A DNA stretch of 40,252 nucleotides from positions 1 through 40,252 of the forward strand of contig ASPP01010825.1 in the NCBI GenBank assembly GCA_000512085.1, written 5' to 3'. The notes below the pieces were generated by a model. The model had not been told where the DNA came from. It worked only from the letters and a program-made list of their open reading frames with translations, and ran no database searches. Positions 26,801-38,130 of this stretch are shown one piece after another; positions within the stretch are counted from its first letter, which is position 1, and each line of letters starts with the position of its first letter. The DNA is from Reticulomyxa filosa. Its lineage: Eukaryota > Protista > Foraminifera. Made by a program: the position numbers and the translations under genes.

Positions 26801-28144
26801 GATTGTCCTTGGCTACGTGTTGAAAATAAGATACCAGGACCAAGTCGAACAAATATTCCAAGCGTATGCCAAAGAGCCTTTAGCCATGCATTCCGACCAG
26901 TCCACTGATGCGACGACGGTAGTGAGTATGGAGCCTTTGGTTTTCGATGGAAAGAAATGGCTGGAGTTGTGTCTATATTTGACACTTTGGATAGTTACAT
27001 TATGTTGTGTCGTGAGCTATTGCGTACTCGAGGCCTTTCCAAGTAATAATACATTAAATATTGATTCCAACGTCATATTTGTTTTGCAGGGATCGTTGTC
27101 ACTGTTACTATGTCTATATAATTCCTTCGTTGCTCCCAATCTCTCCACGCTGCTCATTCAAATGATCATCTATTATCGCCGCCCATCCAAATCTACCAGT
27201 CAATGGCTGCTGACAATGTGTACTCCATTTCTCACTCTATTGTTACGGGGATTGATGTGCATCTATTTGCCCATTGTTGCTGCTACGTATTTTTATGACA
27301 GCTGCGGACGACAATGGGTCAATTACTGGGATCTTTGTGTCACTTCAAAACCAAATGAAGTGGTCGTTGAATATCTCTGGAACGTCAATGTCACGTTGTC
27401 TGGCGAAAATTTCCTTTGGTCTTCGACCTCTTCTGCTAACTTTGCCTTGCCATTAATGTATTGGAGTGACGTGTGTCGTAAAGGCTTTTATCACAATTAT
27501 CAATACGGTATGTACATACGTGGTGTATTATTACATTTAATCTTTTCTTTAAAAAAAAAAAATACCTCTACTTTCATACGATATCTACACGCACATGCAT
27601 GTGCTTGTAGGGGATTGTGCTCGCGAAATAATGGAAAAATGGTGTAACGTGATGATCTTGAAAATGGTGGCAAACGTAATCATGCCATGGATTCATGTAT
27701 TGATATTGAAATGGCGAAATCAAAGACAAGAAAAGGTTTTGCTTACAGACAATGTTGAACATGCCAGCGTTGTGTCCAATTTGGAAATGACAATTTTGCT
27801 TGGATTGTTCTGTCCTCTGATCATACCTTTGTGCATTTTGGCTCTTCTCTCTAACTATTGGAAATATCAGTATCTGTTGAGGACTTGTCACAACTTCACG
27901 CTGTCTGCAAATAATCCCCTTTTTCGTAGCCTTCTTATTCATTGCATATTTTTTGCAACAGTTCATTTGGATGTTCATAGCCACTTTCAACAGTAGTTGG
28001 TTAGGCTATAGTCAACTCTGTTGGAATTGCTTTTTTTTTGGTTTTATCTTCATTGATGTTTGTTTTGTACTTTGTGTCGTCTTTCTTCATCGTGTTGTCA
28101 AACACTGCAAACGCAAGTCTTTGTCTTTTACAACTACTAATTAA
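23830..28144 (+). CDS. LRR-ectodomain, multi-pass transmembrane receptor-like protein
   Basis: Hydrophobic N-terminal signal, LRR N-cap (DALVSFYNSTNGEGW...FCSFHGVEC), about 20 plant-type LxxLxLxxNxLxGxIP repeats, then many hydrophobic segments. Introns 24552-24657, about 25087/25091-25231, 25659-25750, 26064-26171, 26520-26612, 27508-27610. Frameshifts near 25297 and 27916-27924. Confidence 0.85.
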
Positions 28145-28480
28145 CTTTGGCCATCTTTTATTACGTAAGTATCTTTTTGCAACATACTTTATTTTTTTTT
28201 ATTTTCATTTGTTTTTATCTTTCTGTCATTGTTTTGTTGAATTGTAAAGAAAAGCACTTTTCTACAAACTGTGCCATTTAATTTTTTCTTTTTAATGCTC
28301 GGACATGAAATTATGCACTTATTTGTTTCTTTATCTTTTTAATTTATTTTTTACTAGCTTGAAACCTTTTTTCTGTAATTGAAACGTAACAGTGTTTATT
28401 GTCTTAAAATTTTGTACCTTTTAACCAACGCAAAAGGGGCTTGCAAAGTCCGTAAGATTCTGTTTTGAATTGACTGAAAC

Positions 28481-28831
28481 ATGAGGCTAAAAGTTAGTCC
28501 AAAACGAAGATGTCCCTGGTGTTTCTTTGTGACACGAAAAGGGAATTTGTATGTACGATGCAAAGTAGATCCAAGGCACAAACAAAGGCAGGGCTCGTCA
28601 GTCGGTCACGCGACCAGATATCGAAGAAAATTCAAGCATCATAACTTCAGCACAATGGCTATTTTGGACCATTCTGAAATAAACGGCAATATTCCATGTA
28701 CAATAATAGATTCGATAGTTCATAGACAATTGTATGACACTGGTGCCAAGTGCTATTTGCTGAATCCATGTGAAATGACCTGGACTGAAAAATTTGAAAT
28801 GTTCTATAATGAAAGACCAATCAAAAATTGA
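28481..28831 (+). CDS. Ribosomal protein bL36, probably mitochondrial, with C-terminal extension
   Basis: MRLKVSPKRRCPWCFFVTRKGNLYVRCKVDPRHKQRQG is the L36 zinc-ribbon signature (CxxC...C...H, HKQRQG). Confidence 0.9.
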   Translation: MRLKVSPKRRCPWCFFVTRKGNLYVRCKVDPRHKQRQGSSVGHATRYRRKFKHHNFSTMAILDHSEINGNIPCTIIDSIVHRQLYDTGAKCYLLNPCEMTWTEKFEMFYNERPIKN

Positions 28832-29204
28832 TCAAAAGAATGAGAACAATAAAATTTTGGAAACTTTGAAAAAAAAACAAGCTACATTTGAAAGTTTTTC
28901 ATCGTACTCAATTTTTAAATTGTTTATTTCAATCACAAAATTTTCTTGTTTTATCAGTTGTGCGATGAGGAACAAAGATCAACATTTGTTCCGAGGTAAT
29001 GAAAAAAAGATTGTGTTAACACCTTAGTCTTTCAATACCTCAAGGCGCATGAAGTTAAATGCGTTTTTGATACAGCAAATCTAATCTTTTGAAGTAAAAG
29101 CAATTGTGATTTGTTTAGCATCAGCTTTTTATAGACTAAGAGTGCTTGAAAAAAATTTTAAACACTAAAAGTTCAAGTTTGGTGGGCCTGTTTGCAGCAC
29201 ATTC

Positions 29205-30858
29205 ATGACTGCAGTATCACTTTCACACATTGTGATAGCTTTTGTTGTAAAAGAGCCGAGCAAAATCCCAAATGAAATTTTGTTTTTGCAGCAAAGTGCA
29301 AAAATGGACGAATGTCCCAAATGTTGGTGTGGAATTGAGGTCGATGTTTCTGAAAAGGAGTTATCCGACAATAGTTATCTGGAAAAGGTTTTGATTTCAA
29401 TTATTGAATGTACATGCCTAAAACGTGAGAACTTACTCATTTCTCAAACTGGAAGACCATTGCGGCTTTATGGAGAGCGTAAAAATGTGCTATTGCATCC
29501 ACAGCTGTTTCATCTCAGGTAAATATCGTGTTGTCCTTTGTGTTTTTTTGCTTCATAGCAATTTTAGTAAAAGTTATTGGGTTAAGATACTTTTGGCGGA
29601 TGGCGGGATAATGAAAGGTCTCTACATGACACAATTTGTTTGAATGAGAAGTATATGGATTACAAATGGCTTACAATAAATGAGAAAATTTGGAGTGAGA
29701 TGGAATGGGTTCCATTTACTCAAAATGCATTGGGGACCGTATTATTTGATCCCGTAGAACAATCACAAATTAATTGGCTGAAAGCAGATCGCAAGCATGG
29801 AGCTTCTCAACTTGCAATAAAATGTTTGGAGTTTCTCCAAGAAAATTATGGTACAAAAAAAGAATCAATGTCTCCTGTACACGTATATAACTATTGCTAT
29901 CAATTATTTAAATCTCGTTCGTCGATGCAACCAGTGGCAAATGTCGTAATTACATTTTTAGAAAAATGGAATGCGCGTGAAGAGGATAACACACCACAGA
30001 GTGTTGCCAAGGTATGTAAATCAATCATTGATGAATGGAGTGGTGATGTAGACATTCGTATTCCGATGATGTTTCATAAACTGTTATGTTCTCGTCATGA
30101 AAATCACAAAAAACTGAAATTATTCACACTGTCCATTTCTTCAAATGTTTACAAAGCACTCAATTTTGTGAGCAGTGAAAAGCACAGTCACAATAAATAT
30201 ACAATCGATGAAATTGTCATTGCAGAGTCTAGGCCTCTGTTTGAAGGTGTTTCCATGGCCGAAAAAATTGAAAATGAAAATGTCTCGGTTACGATTATTA
30301 CAGAAGCACAAATGGGCATTTTTATACCTTTATGTGATGCTATTGTGTTTGGAGTTGATACCATTGATCTACGCAATGGATATGTTATCAACAAAGTTGG
30401 AAGTTATTTGGCTGCTTTATGTGCAAGAGAGGTATGAAAATGATAGAGAGCAAGGAGAAGCAAAAATGTATTTTGTGTTTTGTTATTTACTTTTACATAT
30501 TTTTTATTTGTTGTGGAATTTGTCTGTGCTGAAGAATAACGTGCCAGTGTATGTTATTGGGCACGAAAGTAAATTACGAAGATCAAACACAGACGTCACA
30601 AAAGAGTGGCCAAACTTGGAAGAAAAAAGGCTCTTAGATCAAACAAAAATAAACAACGAAGAAAAGTCAACAGAGGATCAGAGAAATGTAGAACTGGAGG
30701 AAATGGACGAAGGAGAAATCACTAAAGACTGGGCATCCAATATCAAAACAAAAAGAAAAAATTGCCAGATTCGAAACATTTATTTTGAAAAAATTCCTTT
30801 GTTATTAATTGACGCACTTGTGTTGACAAATCAAATCATAGAGCAAAACAAAAATTAA
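29205..30858 (+). CDS. Degenerate Nudix-fold domain fused to an eIF2B-alpha/ribose-1,5-bisphosphate isomerase-like domain (3 exons)
   Basis: C-terminal IF-2B family motifs DRKHGASQLA, SRSSM, TLSISS, AESRPLFEG, GVDTI, NKVGSYLAAL, RNIYFEKIP. The N-terminus resembles the Nudix domains known to fuse to this family. Introns 29519-29617 and 30432-30534. Confidence 0.8.
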
Positions 30859-31206
30859 CTCTGCAACTACAAATTTTGTTATTGGCTCTTCTTCGAGATT
30901 TTTTTTTGCTACTTTAAAAGGTCAATAAAAATTAATATATACATTGTTAATGTCGTTTTTTAATTTAAGTTGCTATTTTCACTTTATTCTGTTGGCTCAA
31001 ACTCTTCCAGTTATTCGCCTCTTAGTATTGTTCGTGAGAAAGAGAAACACATTGCAGGGAGTAAAATCACAGTAGATGAGGGTCAAAACTATAGAAAATG
31101 GGAATCCGCAAAATACACAAACAAAAACTTTGAACAACTTTGTTGAAAATAGGATCGAAAAAAATCCTCGAATGGCATATGCAAGTTTTCCAAAAAATTC
31201 ATTTAG

Positions 31207-31857
31207 TTACAATTTAGGAACACCCACAACTTTAATTTTCCAAAAAGTACCATCACCAGGCTGAGCAGCAATAACAGCCCAGGTCAACTTTTTTTTCTTT
31301 TTCGACTTTTGACGAACAGCACCAAGGAAACGATTCTTGTTACCTTGGCACTGAAATTGAACTGCGGGAGCGTCCGCAGATGCTTGAGTGACAGCCTCAT
31401 CTTTCATAACTTTAAAAATGATATCTTCTTCTTCTTCTCCACTTCCGTTTGCCTTACAAACCAATTTTGGTTTTTTTGTTGATAATTTTTTCTTTTTTGG
31501 CTCACTCACTCGCAAATAACGAGTATTGTGAACAGCTTTTAATTTCACCAATTGTTGTGCTGCGTCTACTACTTCAATCTTCCATTGGCATGGTCGTTTT
31601 TGTTGTTCTGTCAAACCCATTGTCCCTTCTGCATTCAATACATAAAGATAACTTCCTTGTTCTCCTGTATCTCTTACGTGTGCCAGCATTATTGTATTGT
31701 TGTCTTTGAGCCATGCAAAGGCAGGATCTGCAGGGACTGTCGGCGCTGCTGGTGTTGCAGGTGTTGCGCCTGCTGGCGGAGGTGGAGCCGGCGCTGGTGC
31801 TGGTGGTGGCTGTTGTTTGCCACTGCTTGAGCCACTGGAGCTCTGTGAACTGCCCAT
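31207..31857 (-). CDS. Putative N-myristoylated protein with Pro/Ala linker and fascin-like beta-trefoil domain
   Basis: MGSSQS start, PPPAPAPAPPPP linker, three repeats of the type (V/I)xL/Fx...(R/S)YL/FL...W/FxI/V. Intronless. Confidence 0.65.
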   Translation of the reverse strand: MGSSQSSSGSSSGKQQPPPAPAPAPPPPAGATPATPAAPTVPADPAFAWLKDNNTIMLAHVRDTGEQGSYLYVLNAEGTMGLTEQQKRPCQWKIEVVDAAQQLVKLKAVHNTRYLRVSEPKKKKLSTKKPKLVCKANGSGEEEEDIIFKVMKDEAVTQASADAPAVQFQCQGNKNRFLGAVRQKSKKKKKLTWAVIAAQPGDGTFWKIKVVGVPKL

Positions 31858-32658
31858 GTTCGGTGCTTGTATATTTTAATTCATTGTCAGTGTGTCAAAA
31901 ATTCGGATTTTCGTTACAAACGTCAGAATTAAACCGTTCAGAAGGACAAAAGACAATACATAATATCTCTTATCAATAACTTTGAATTGATCACAAATAC
32001 TTTACACAGAGCAAATGATTAGCTTTCCAAATATCAATAAAGCCAAGTATATATTTTTTAAGAAGGCCAACAGGTTCCTGCAAAGCGATTCATAAGCGTC
32101 GAAATAAAAACAGATAACATCAAACAATTCTTACTTTTTTGTTAACAGTCAAAAAATTGCATATAATCAATTTTCCGTTAGTATTTTTTTATTTATTGAT
32201 CACATTTTGGCGAAAAATGTGTAAACTATTCACATAGTTTTTTTTGGAGTGGAGACGTGTCATTCTGTATGGAAAAAAGGGATCAAAACATTGCATATTA
32301 AAATTAGAATAAAAAAGAATAAATTGGTTGAGTCGTTTGTAAATTTAGCACCTTAAAAAAAACAAACAAAACAAGATATTACAAATTGTCCTGTACATCT
32401 TATGGACACAACCAGAAAAACATCAACACAATACAATTACAACGTATTTGGTAAACCTCCCAAAATAAGTCTTGGGTAACTTGTTTCTGAAAGCAGCAGC
32501 ACTAAAATGCTTTCAAATAAAAGAACTGAGTTGCTATGTTGCAAGAAATAAATAATAAAAAAGATTGCAGAGGATGAGATGAACAAAAAAATGGATAAAT
32601 ATATTTCCCTTGTTTCCCTTTTCCTCCAAACAATGTTGCAATAAATATAGAGCTTGTT

Positions 32659-35377
32659 TCAGTTAACACTGCCATAATTTGAAACAATGCGATTCAAAGA
32701 ACGCCTGTGCATTTTAAAAACAAGAGTCGCAAATTGATTGTTGAGTGTATGTGAATTAGTTGAAAAGAGTGAAAAAGTAACTTGACATTCGCCTCCAAAG
32801 TGCGATGTATGATTTTCCAAATGAGATGCATGAATAAGCCACAGGAAACCATAAGAATGAATAGACATATACGCAATTTGCGATTTACGGGCTGAGACAA
32901 GGAGAAGGACAAGTACATGACGATGAAAAGTAAGGGACACAACGAGCATAGAATGCAACCACAAATTCCGCCGGGGATTTTGAATGGCCGATGTTGTTCG
33001 GGTTTGTTTTTGCGGACCCACATAAATGATAAGACCATGCAAATGGTGTTGACACTGGCAATGATCATATCGACTTCGATGAGCATTTCAAAATCGGCAA
33101 TAAAGAATACCGTCGTCGCGACAAGTAAATTGAGCAACACATAAATTCGTCGTTGCGCCATCATATCGGCGACCTGATTGACTCCGTCTTGCAAATGTGC
33201 AATTAAATTGATAGACAAGTTCATTTTCGTTTGGGAAATCTGATTTCGACGGAGGTGTTCAACACGAGTGGGCTCCGACATCGAGGGAACCAATGCCGAG
33301 GGATATGTGACGACCTTGTTGACTGGTAATGTATCCATGTCATTCTTCGGCGCAAGAGAGGTCGACGATGAAGAGTCATCGTCACTGCTATTGTCATTAT
33401 TGCCATTGGCGTGGTAATAATGCTGATTATAATTATGCTGATTAAAATTATGAGCATAATTGTAATGGGTCTTATTATCATTGTTATCGCCATTGTAATT
33501 GTCATTAATGGTCGTAACACGAGGAAACACGGACTTGTGATTGTTCACACGGACGTGGGCCATCATTGTCATCACTCCATTCTTCACTACGACGTTCTCA
33601 TATCTACGCATACCCCCCGTCCCATGCATGTCAGTTGCCACTCCAGATGCCAATATCGGAGTGGACGACGACTTACTCATATTCTCCAAGGACTTCAGCT
33701 TTGGGATTTGAGCATTCTGTTCCTTGTCGATTTCTTGCTTGTTCTTGTCCGATTCTCCGTCGTTCCCGTTGTGATCGCCGTTGACTTTCGACTGTGGAGC
33801 CATTTCGATATCGTCCACCGTTGTCTCTTCGTCGTGACTGGGAAGAGGAGGCGTGCTTTCCGAAGAGTGCGACGGCGAGCCCGTGGTATGTCCACTTGTC
33901 AATACAACGTTCAAAGGCATGACAGGCTTGACAGTGCGGCCAATGTTTAATGGTCTCACCACGTGATGTCGACGACGAGGATACGCAAATAGCAAATGTT
34001 CCCACCATTTCGTTTTCCTATTCAAATTCCCCGACGTGCTCATCTCCAATGCGTGTTCCTGTTCTTGCATTGCATCATAATACTCCAACAATTCCTGGAA
34101 CGGATTTCGACTGGACTCGATCAAATATGCCAATCCCTCTTGTGCAACCACTGTGGCTGAGTTGTATAGTCCAATCAATGCTACAACTGCTCCAATGTCG
34201 TATACAACGCCAAACCAATGTCCGACTGTTTTTTTGCTAATTACTTGATAGTATCCCACCTTTAATGCGTCGCGCACACATTTGTTTGTACATATATTTT
34301 TTAAACGAAGCTGGCGATATTAAATGCACATACAAAACTTGGTAATGTGACGCATCGCTATCAATGGATGTGGAGATAAGGACTGGCAACAAATTGATCG
34401 TCGCGACCAAAGGAATAAGTATTAATGACGCAGATAAAAACGTGGTATAGGGGTTTCTCACTTCTCCTAAGTTACGTCATACGTAAGAAATATAGAAATT
34501 TGTTGCACGCATGCGCATAGCATGCAGTAATGTACGTCGTGATATTGCTTTTCCAAAAAAAAAAGGAGTGAAATACACACCTGCCAAAACACCTAAATTG
34601 ACAGCGCCCGAATACAACCACATGGCGACAGATAGGCCGAACGCATAATTGAAGTCAGCTTGTGAGGCGGGATCGGCTCCGTTTTTGACCGCACTGTCAT
34701 TCGCAGTGAAAGTGAGTGTCTCACTCCATTGAATGTATGGGACCCCACACACAATGAACAAAACGCAAGGTATCAAACATATCAAAAATATCAAAGTCGA
34801 TGCTTGAGACATAAAATAGGTACCTTTCAAATTGATCACTGTAATTCCAACTATTATTGGAAAGCCCAAACATATCTTTGCAAATATTACACTACTCGAC
34901 GGAAAGTATTTACTCAATACCTCCGATGCCAACACCGGATATGACACTGCATCAATACATTCCATTATCGACATCCAATACGCAACGTGGATACCAATGG
35001 TTTCTCCACATGCCACTCTTTTTTTTTTCAAACTCAGTTTTGTATGCCGCCTCCAAACACCAAAAAACAAGCTAAACAATTACAGAGCACCAAAACTAGC
35101 ATCATTACCGTATGGTTTGAATATATCCTCCATTTTCAGGAAACATAGTGGCACTCTCGGCACTTATAAATGCTAGTGGGAGTCCAAACAAAAAAGCTCC
35201 AGATAGCATGATTGCGAATACATATCCTACCGGCCCTGTTTGCACTATCGGCTCTGCGCAATAAAAACCTCCTGATATCCAAAAAAAACCGAGCGCAACT
35301 GTGCTAAAAAGTCCAAGCTTTCGGTCGTTGTGACCTTTTTCTGTTCCCAAAGAAACTGGCGAATATGTTGCTGACAT
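32659..35377 (-). CDS. APC-superfamily amino acid/polyamine permease (5 exons)
   Basis: LGLFSTVALGFFWISGGFYCAE, AESATMFPENGGY, WLYSGAVNLGVLAGEVRNP, RKNKPEQHRPFKIPGG. Introns 35018-35108, 34467-34580, 34260-34338, 32705-32781. Ends SNYGSVN*. Confidence 0.85.
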
Positions 35378-36080
35378 GGTGGACTTAATTTTTTAGAGAA
35401 TGGAGAATGATAATATTTATTAATAATTATTTAAAAATTTCAACCTTTTTGGACAGCAACTTTTTAACCAGTTTCAAAGCACCCTTTTTCTTACGTGACA
35501 GTGTTCAATCTATGACAAAGGGATATATCATAACACATTTACCATGAGTGTCAAAATTGAGTGTGAAAGTGAAACAAGCAAGCTCGAAACTTTTTAAAAA
35601 ATCTGTTTTTCTATTTTTTTGAAATATTCTTAAAGGTAGTCATTTATTGTAATTTATAATAAAATCAATACAACTGTAAAAAATTGATATCTTCTATTTT
35701 AATTATTTGGAAATATCAAGTTATATTTTGTTATATTAGGAACACATTATTTACTGCGTTGATTTTTCAACAACCAAACCATGACGTTCGTAAGTATATT
35801 ATTATATCTACATATATTTTTTTTCACACGAACGTGGTCAATTCTCTTCTTCAATCGTCTTAGTGTTGCAATGAACAAATTTAATGTTCGAGGATTTAAA
35901 TAAAAATTTTATTGAGAGTTATTCAAACTATTTATGACAAGCATGTGATAGAAGCTGTTTCAATGTGCCAGCAAGAGTTGTCTTTTAAAAGATAAACTAC
36001 AGTACTTTGAGAAAAAGGGGCAACCAAATTGGAGATAATGTTTTAGAAATATAAAATATATTATCATAATCATCGAGCTT

Positions 36081-38130
36081 ATGTCGCAAACAACATTACC
36101 TCTTTTCCCAGATACCTCTGGAAAAAGAGCTTCGGAGAAGCTGACCCCTTCTGAAGCTACACAGCAAGCCGCTACAACACTGCAAGATTATAGTGCGTCA
36201 CTAGATTTCAAAAAATATCAAGATAAACATATGGAATCCTTATTAAAAGATGAGGAATTATGTAGTACCAAAGTGTGTGTAGGATACGGTATATACAAAA
36301 CTATGTATCCAGTTGTGAGAGCCAACTTAGCCAAGATGAGCGAATTTTTCAGGTTAATTTTGGAAGGAAGGTTTCTTTCCCTTCAATATCACTAATTTGT
36401 TGTTTTTTTTTTAACAAAAAGAAAGAAATTTTACGACAGTGAAAATGACGATGATCAAGTAAAACTGAAATTTATTCCAGAGAAAGCATTTGAGGTGATA
36501 TTGCGCACAGCATATCACCTCGATCCAAAGTTGGACGGTAAAAATGTGATCCCGACGTTATACGTAAGCAAAAAATTAAAAATCGACGAATTGCGAAGAG
36601 AGTGTGAACGTTACTTGAAAAAAAACATCAATGCTCACAATGTATTACACATATGGGATCAAGCAATGAAATATAAATATTGTTCGAAATACAAGTTGGA
36701 CTTTCGAAATCCTCCAAAAGAGCACAGCCAGGTTTTGTTTGCGCTTATTGATTGGATGAGCGATAACATATACAAAACATAAAAAAAAAAAAAAAGGAAT
36801 TGGAAAATCACATATTATACGTAATTGCACAAGAAAGTGAAGCAATTCTTTTCAGTGACGCCTTTTTGGAGGTGTCGTTTGAGGTGATAATTCGACTTGT
36901 GGCGGCCCCTTTTTTCCACGTGAAAGAAGAGGACTTATGGCAACGGACTCAAGAGTGGATGCACTGCTACGCAATACCATACTTTCGACGTTTGCGATAC
37001 AAAGAAAAAGAACAAGCTCAATCTAGTGAGGATGACGATTTTCCGGAAGACCGGTCTGAATATGAAACTAACTTGGATCGATTCCGTCCATATTACACCG
37101 ATCCTGATCACAAAGACAGTGACGAAGATGACAATAGCAATACTAATAACAATAATAATAACAATAATAATAACAATAATGATAACAACGAGAATAACAA
37201 CGAAAATGATAAAAAGGAAACTACCAAAGTATTGTTTTAACTTTTTTCGAAATCGTTTGAGGATTGTGTGATACCAATCTTTTTTTTGAAAATAGCTGAC
37301 GATTGCAAGCAAAGACTTTGAACCGACCCAAAAAAGCGTTGATGAATTGATTGGCCTATGGAACCAATGGTTTGTTCGAGTGTTCCGCTTTGCCTCGATG
37401 AAACCCGGCTTTTTTATCGATCGTGTGATGGATCAAATTGTGGATCGAGATTTTAGAGAAGAAATTTTAGTATATTTTATTGATAACAAACGAAGACCAA
37501 AGCATTGTAAATTTGATGCAAGGGATATGACGCAAGAAACTGGTATCAAATGCTTTTGAATTTGTTAGGATTCTCAAATTGATATATTTGTTTCTTTTTT
37601 AATGTTGTAAAAAGTGTCAAAGGACAAAAAAAGGTTTCACCACTGGCTGTCGCGTAATTAAGAGCAATGTGGAAGAAGAAAATGCCAAAACATTGTTCGA
37701 TTTGACCAAAGGGTCACGTTGGGCATATCGTACATGCCAACAAGTTCCTGATCAATACTTTGTTGCCGAGTTGCCATTCTTTTCGTTTCCACAGATCATT
37801 CGGCTGAAAAACCATTTTGATGACATTGACTGTGTTAAAGACATAAAAGTATTTGCTTGGAAGAGCACTACTGTACCATATCCTAATGCTAAGCCAGAAG
37901 AAGAAGAAAAGGGGTGGGTGGAATGTTTCACTTTTGCCAGCCAACAAACCAAAGAGTGGCAAGAATTTAAAACCGGCTTAGGAATTGCTGACACAAGCCG
38001 TTGGTTTAAAATACAAATTCTCTCTACTTATGGCCGATACTCGTGTATCGAGAGTATTCAATTTGGCATTGCTTGTGCATATGCACAAGTCCTCATGCGA
38101 GAAGCATCTAAGAAAACAACTGAGGAATGA
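36081..38130 (+). CDS. BTB/POZ-BACK protein with C-terminal discoidin/galactose-binding-like domain (5 exons)
   Basis: BTB: VRANLAKMSEFFRLIL, FEVILRTAY, KLKIDELRRECERYL. BACK: ILFSDAFLEVS, VKEEDLW, FRFASM. C-terminal WQEF...SRWFKIQILSTYG. Introns 36371-36421, 36732-36796, 37229-37295, 37543-37633. Confidence 0.8.
37138..37210 (+). repeat. (AAT/AAC)n coding microsatellite (poly-Asn) in the BTB gene
   Basis: Encodes NNNNNNNNNNNDNNENNNEN. A similar tract lies at 14943-14969. Confidence 0.9.

Noticed and set aside
20581-30858. Functional translation cluster (DPH7, bL36, eIF2B-like)
   Set aside because: Different compartments and pathways with unrelated genes interspersed; likely chance.
3402-33950. 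Long antisense ORFs (e.g. 3402-3926, 9661-10143, 33411-33950)
   Set aside because: Shadows of real exons with no motifs.
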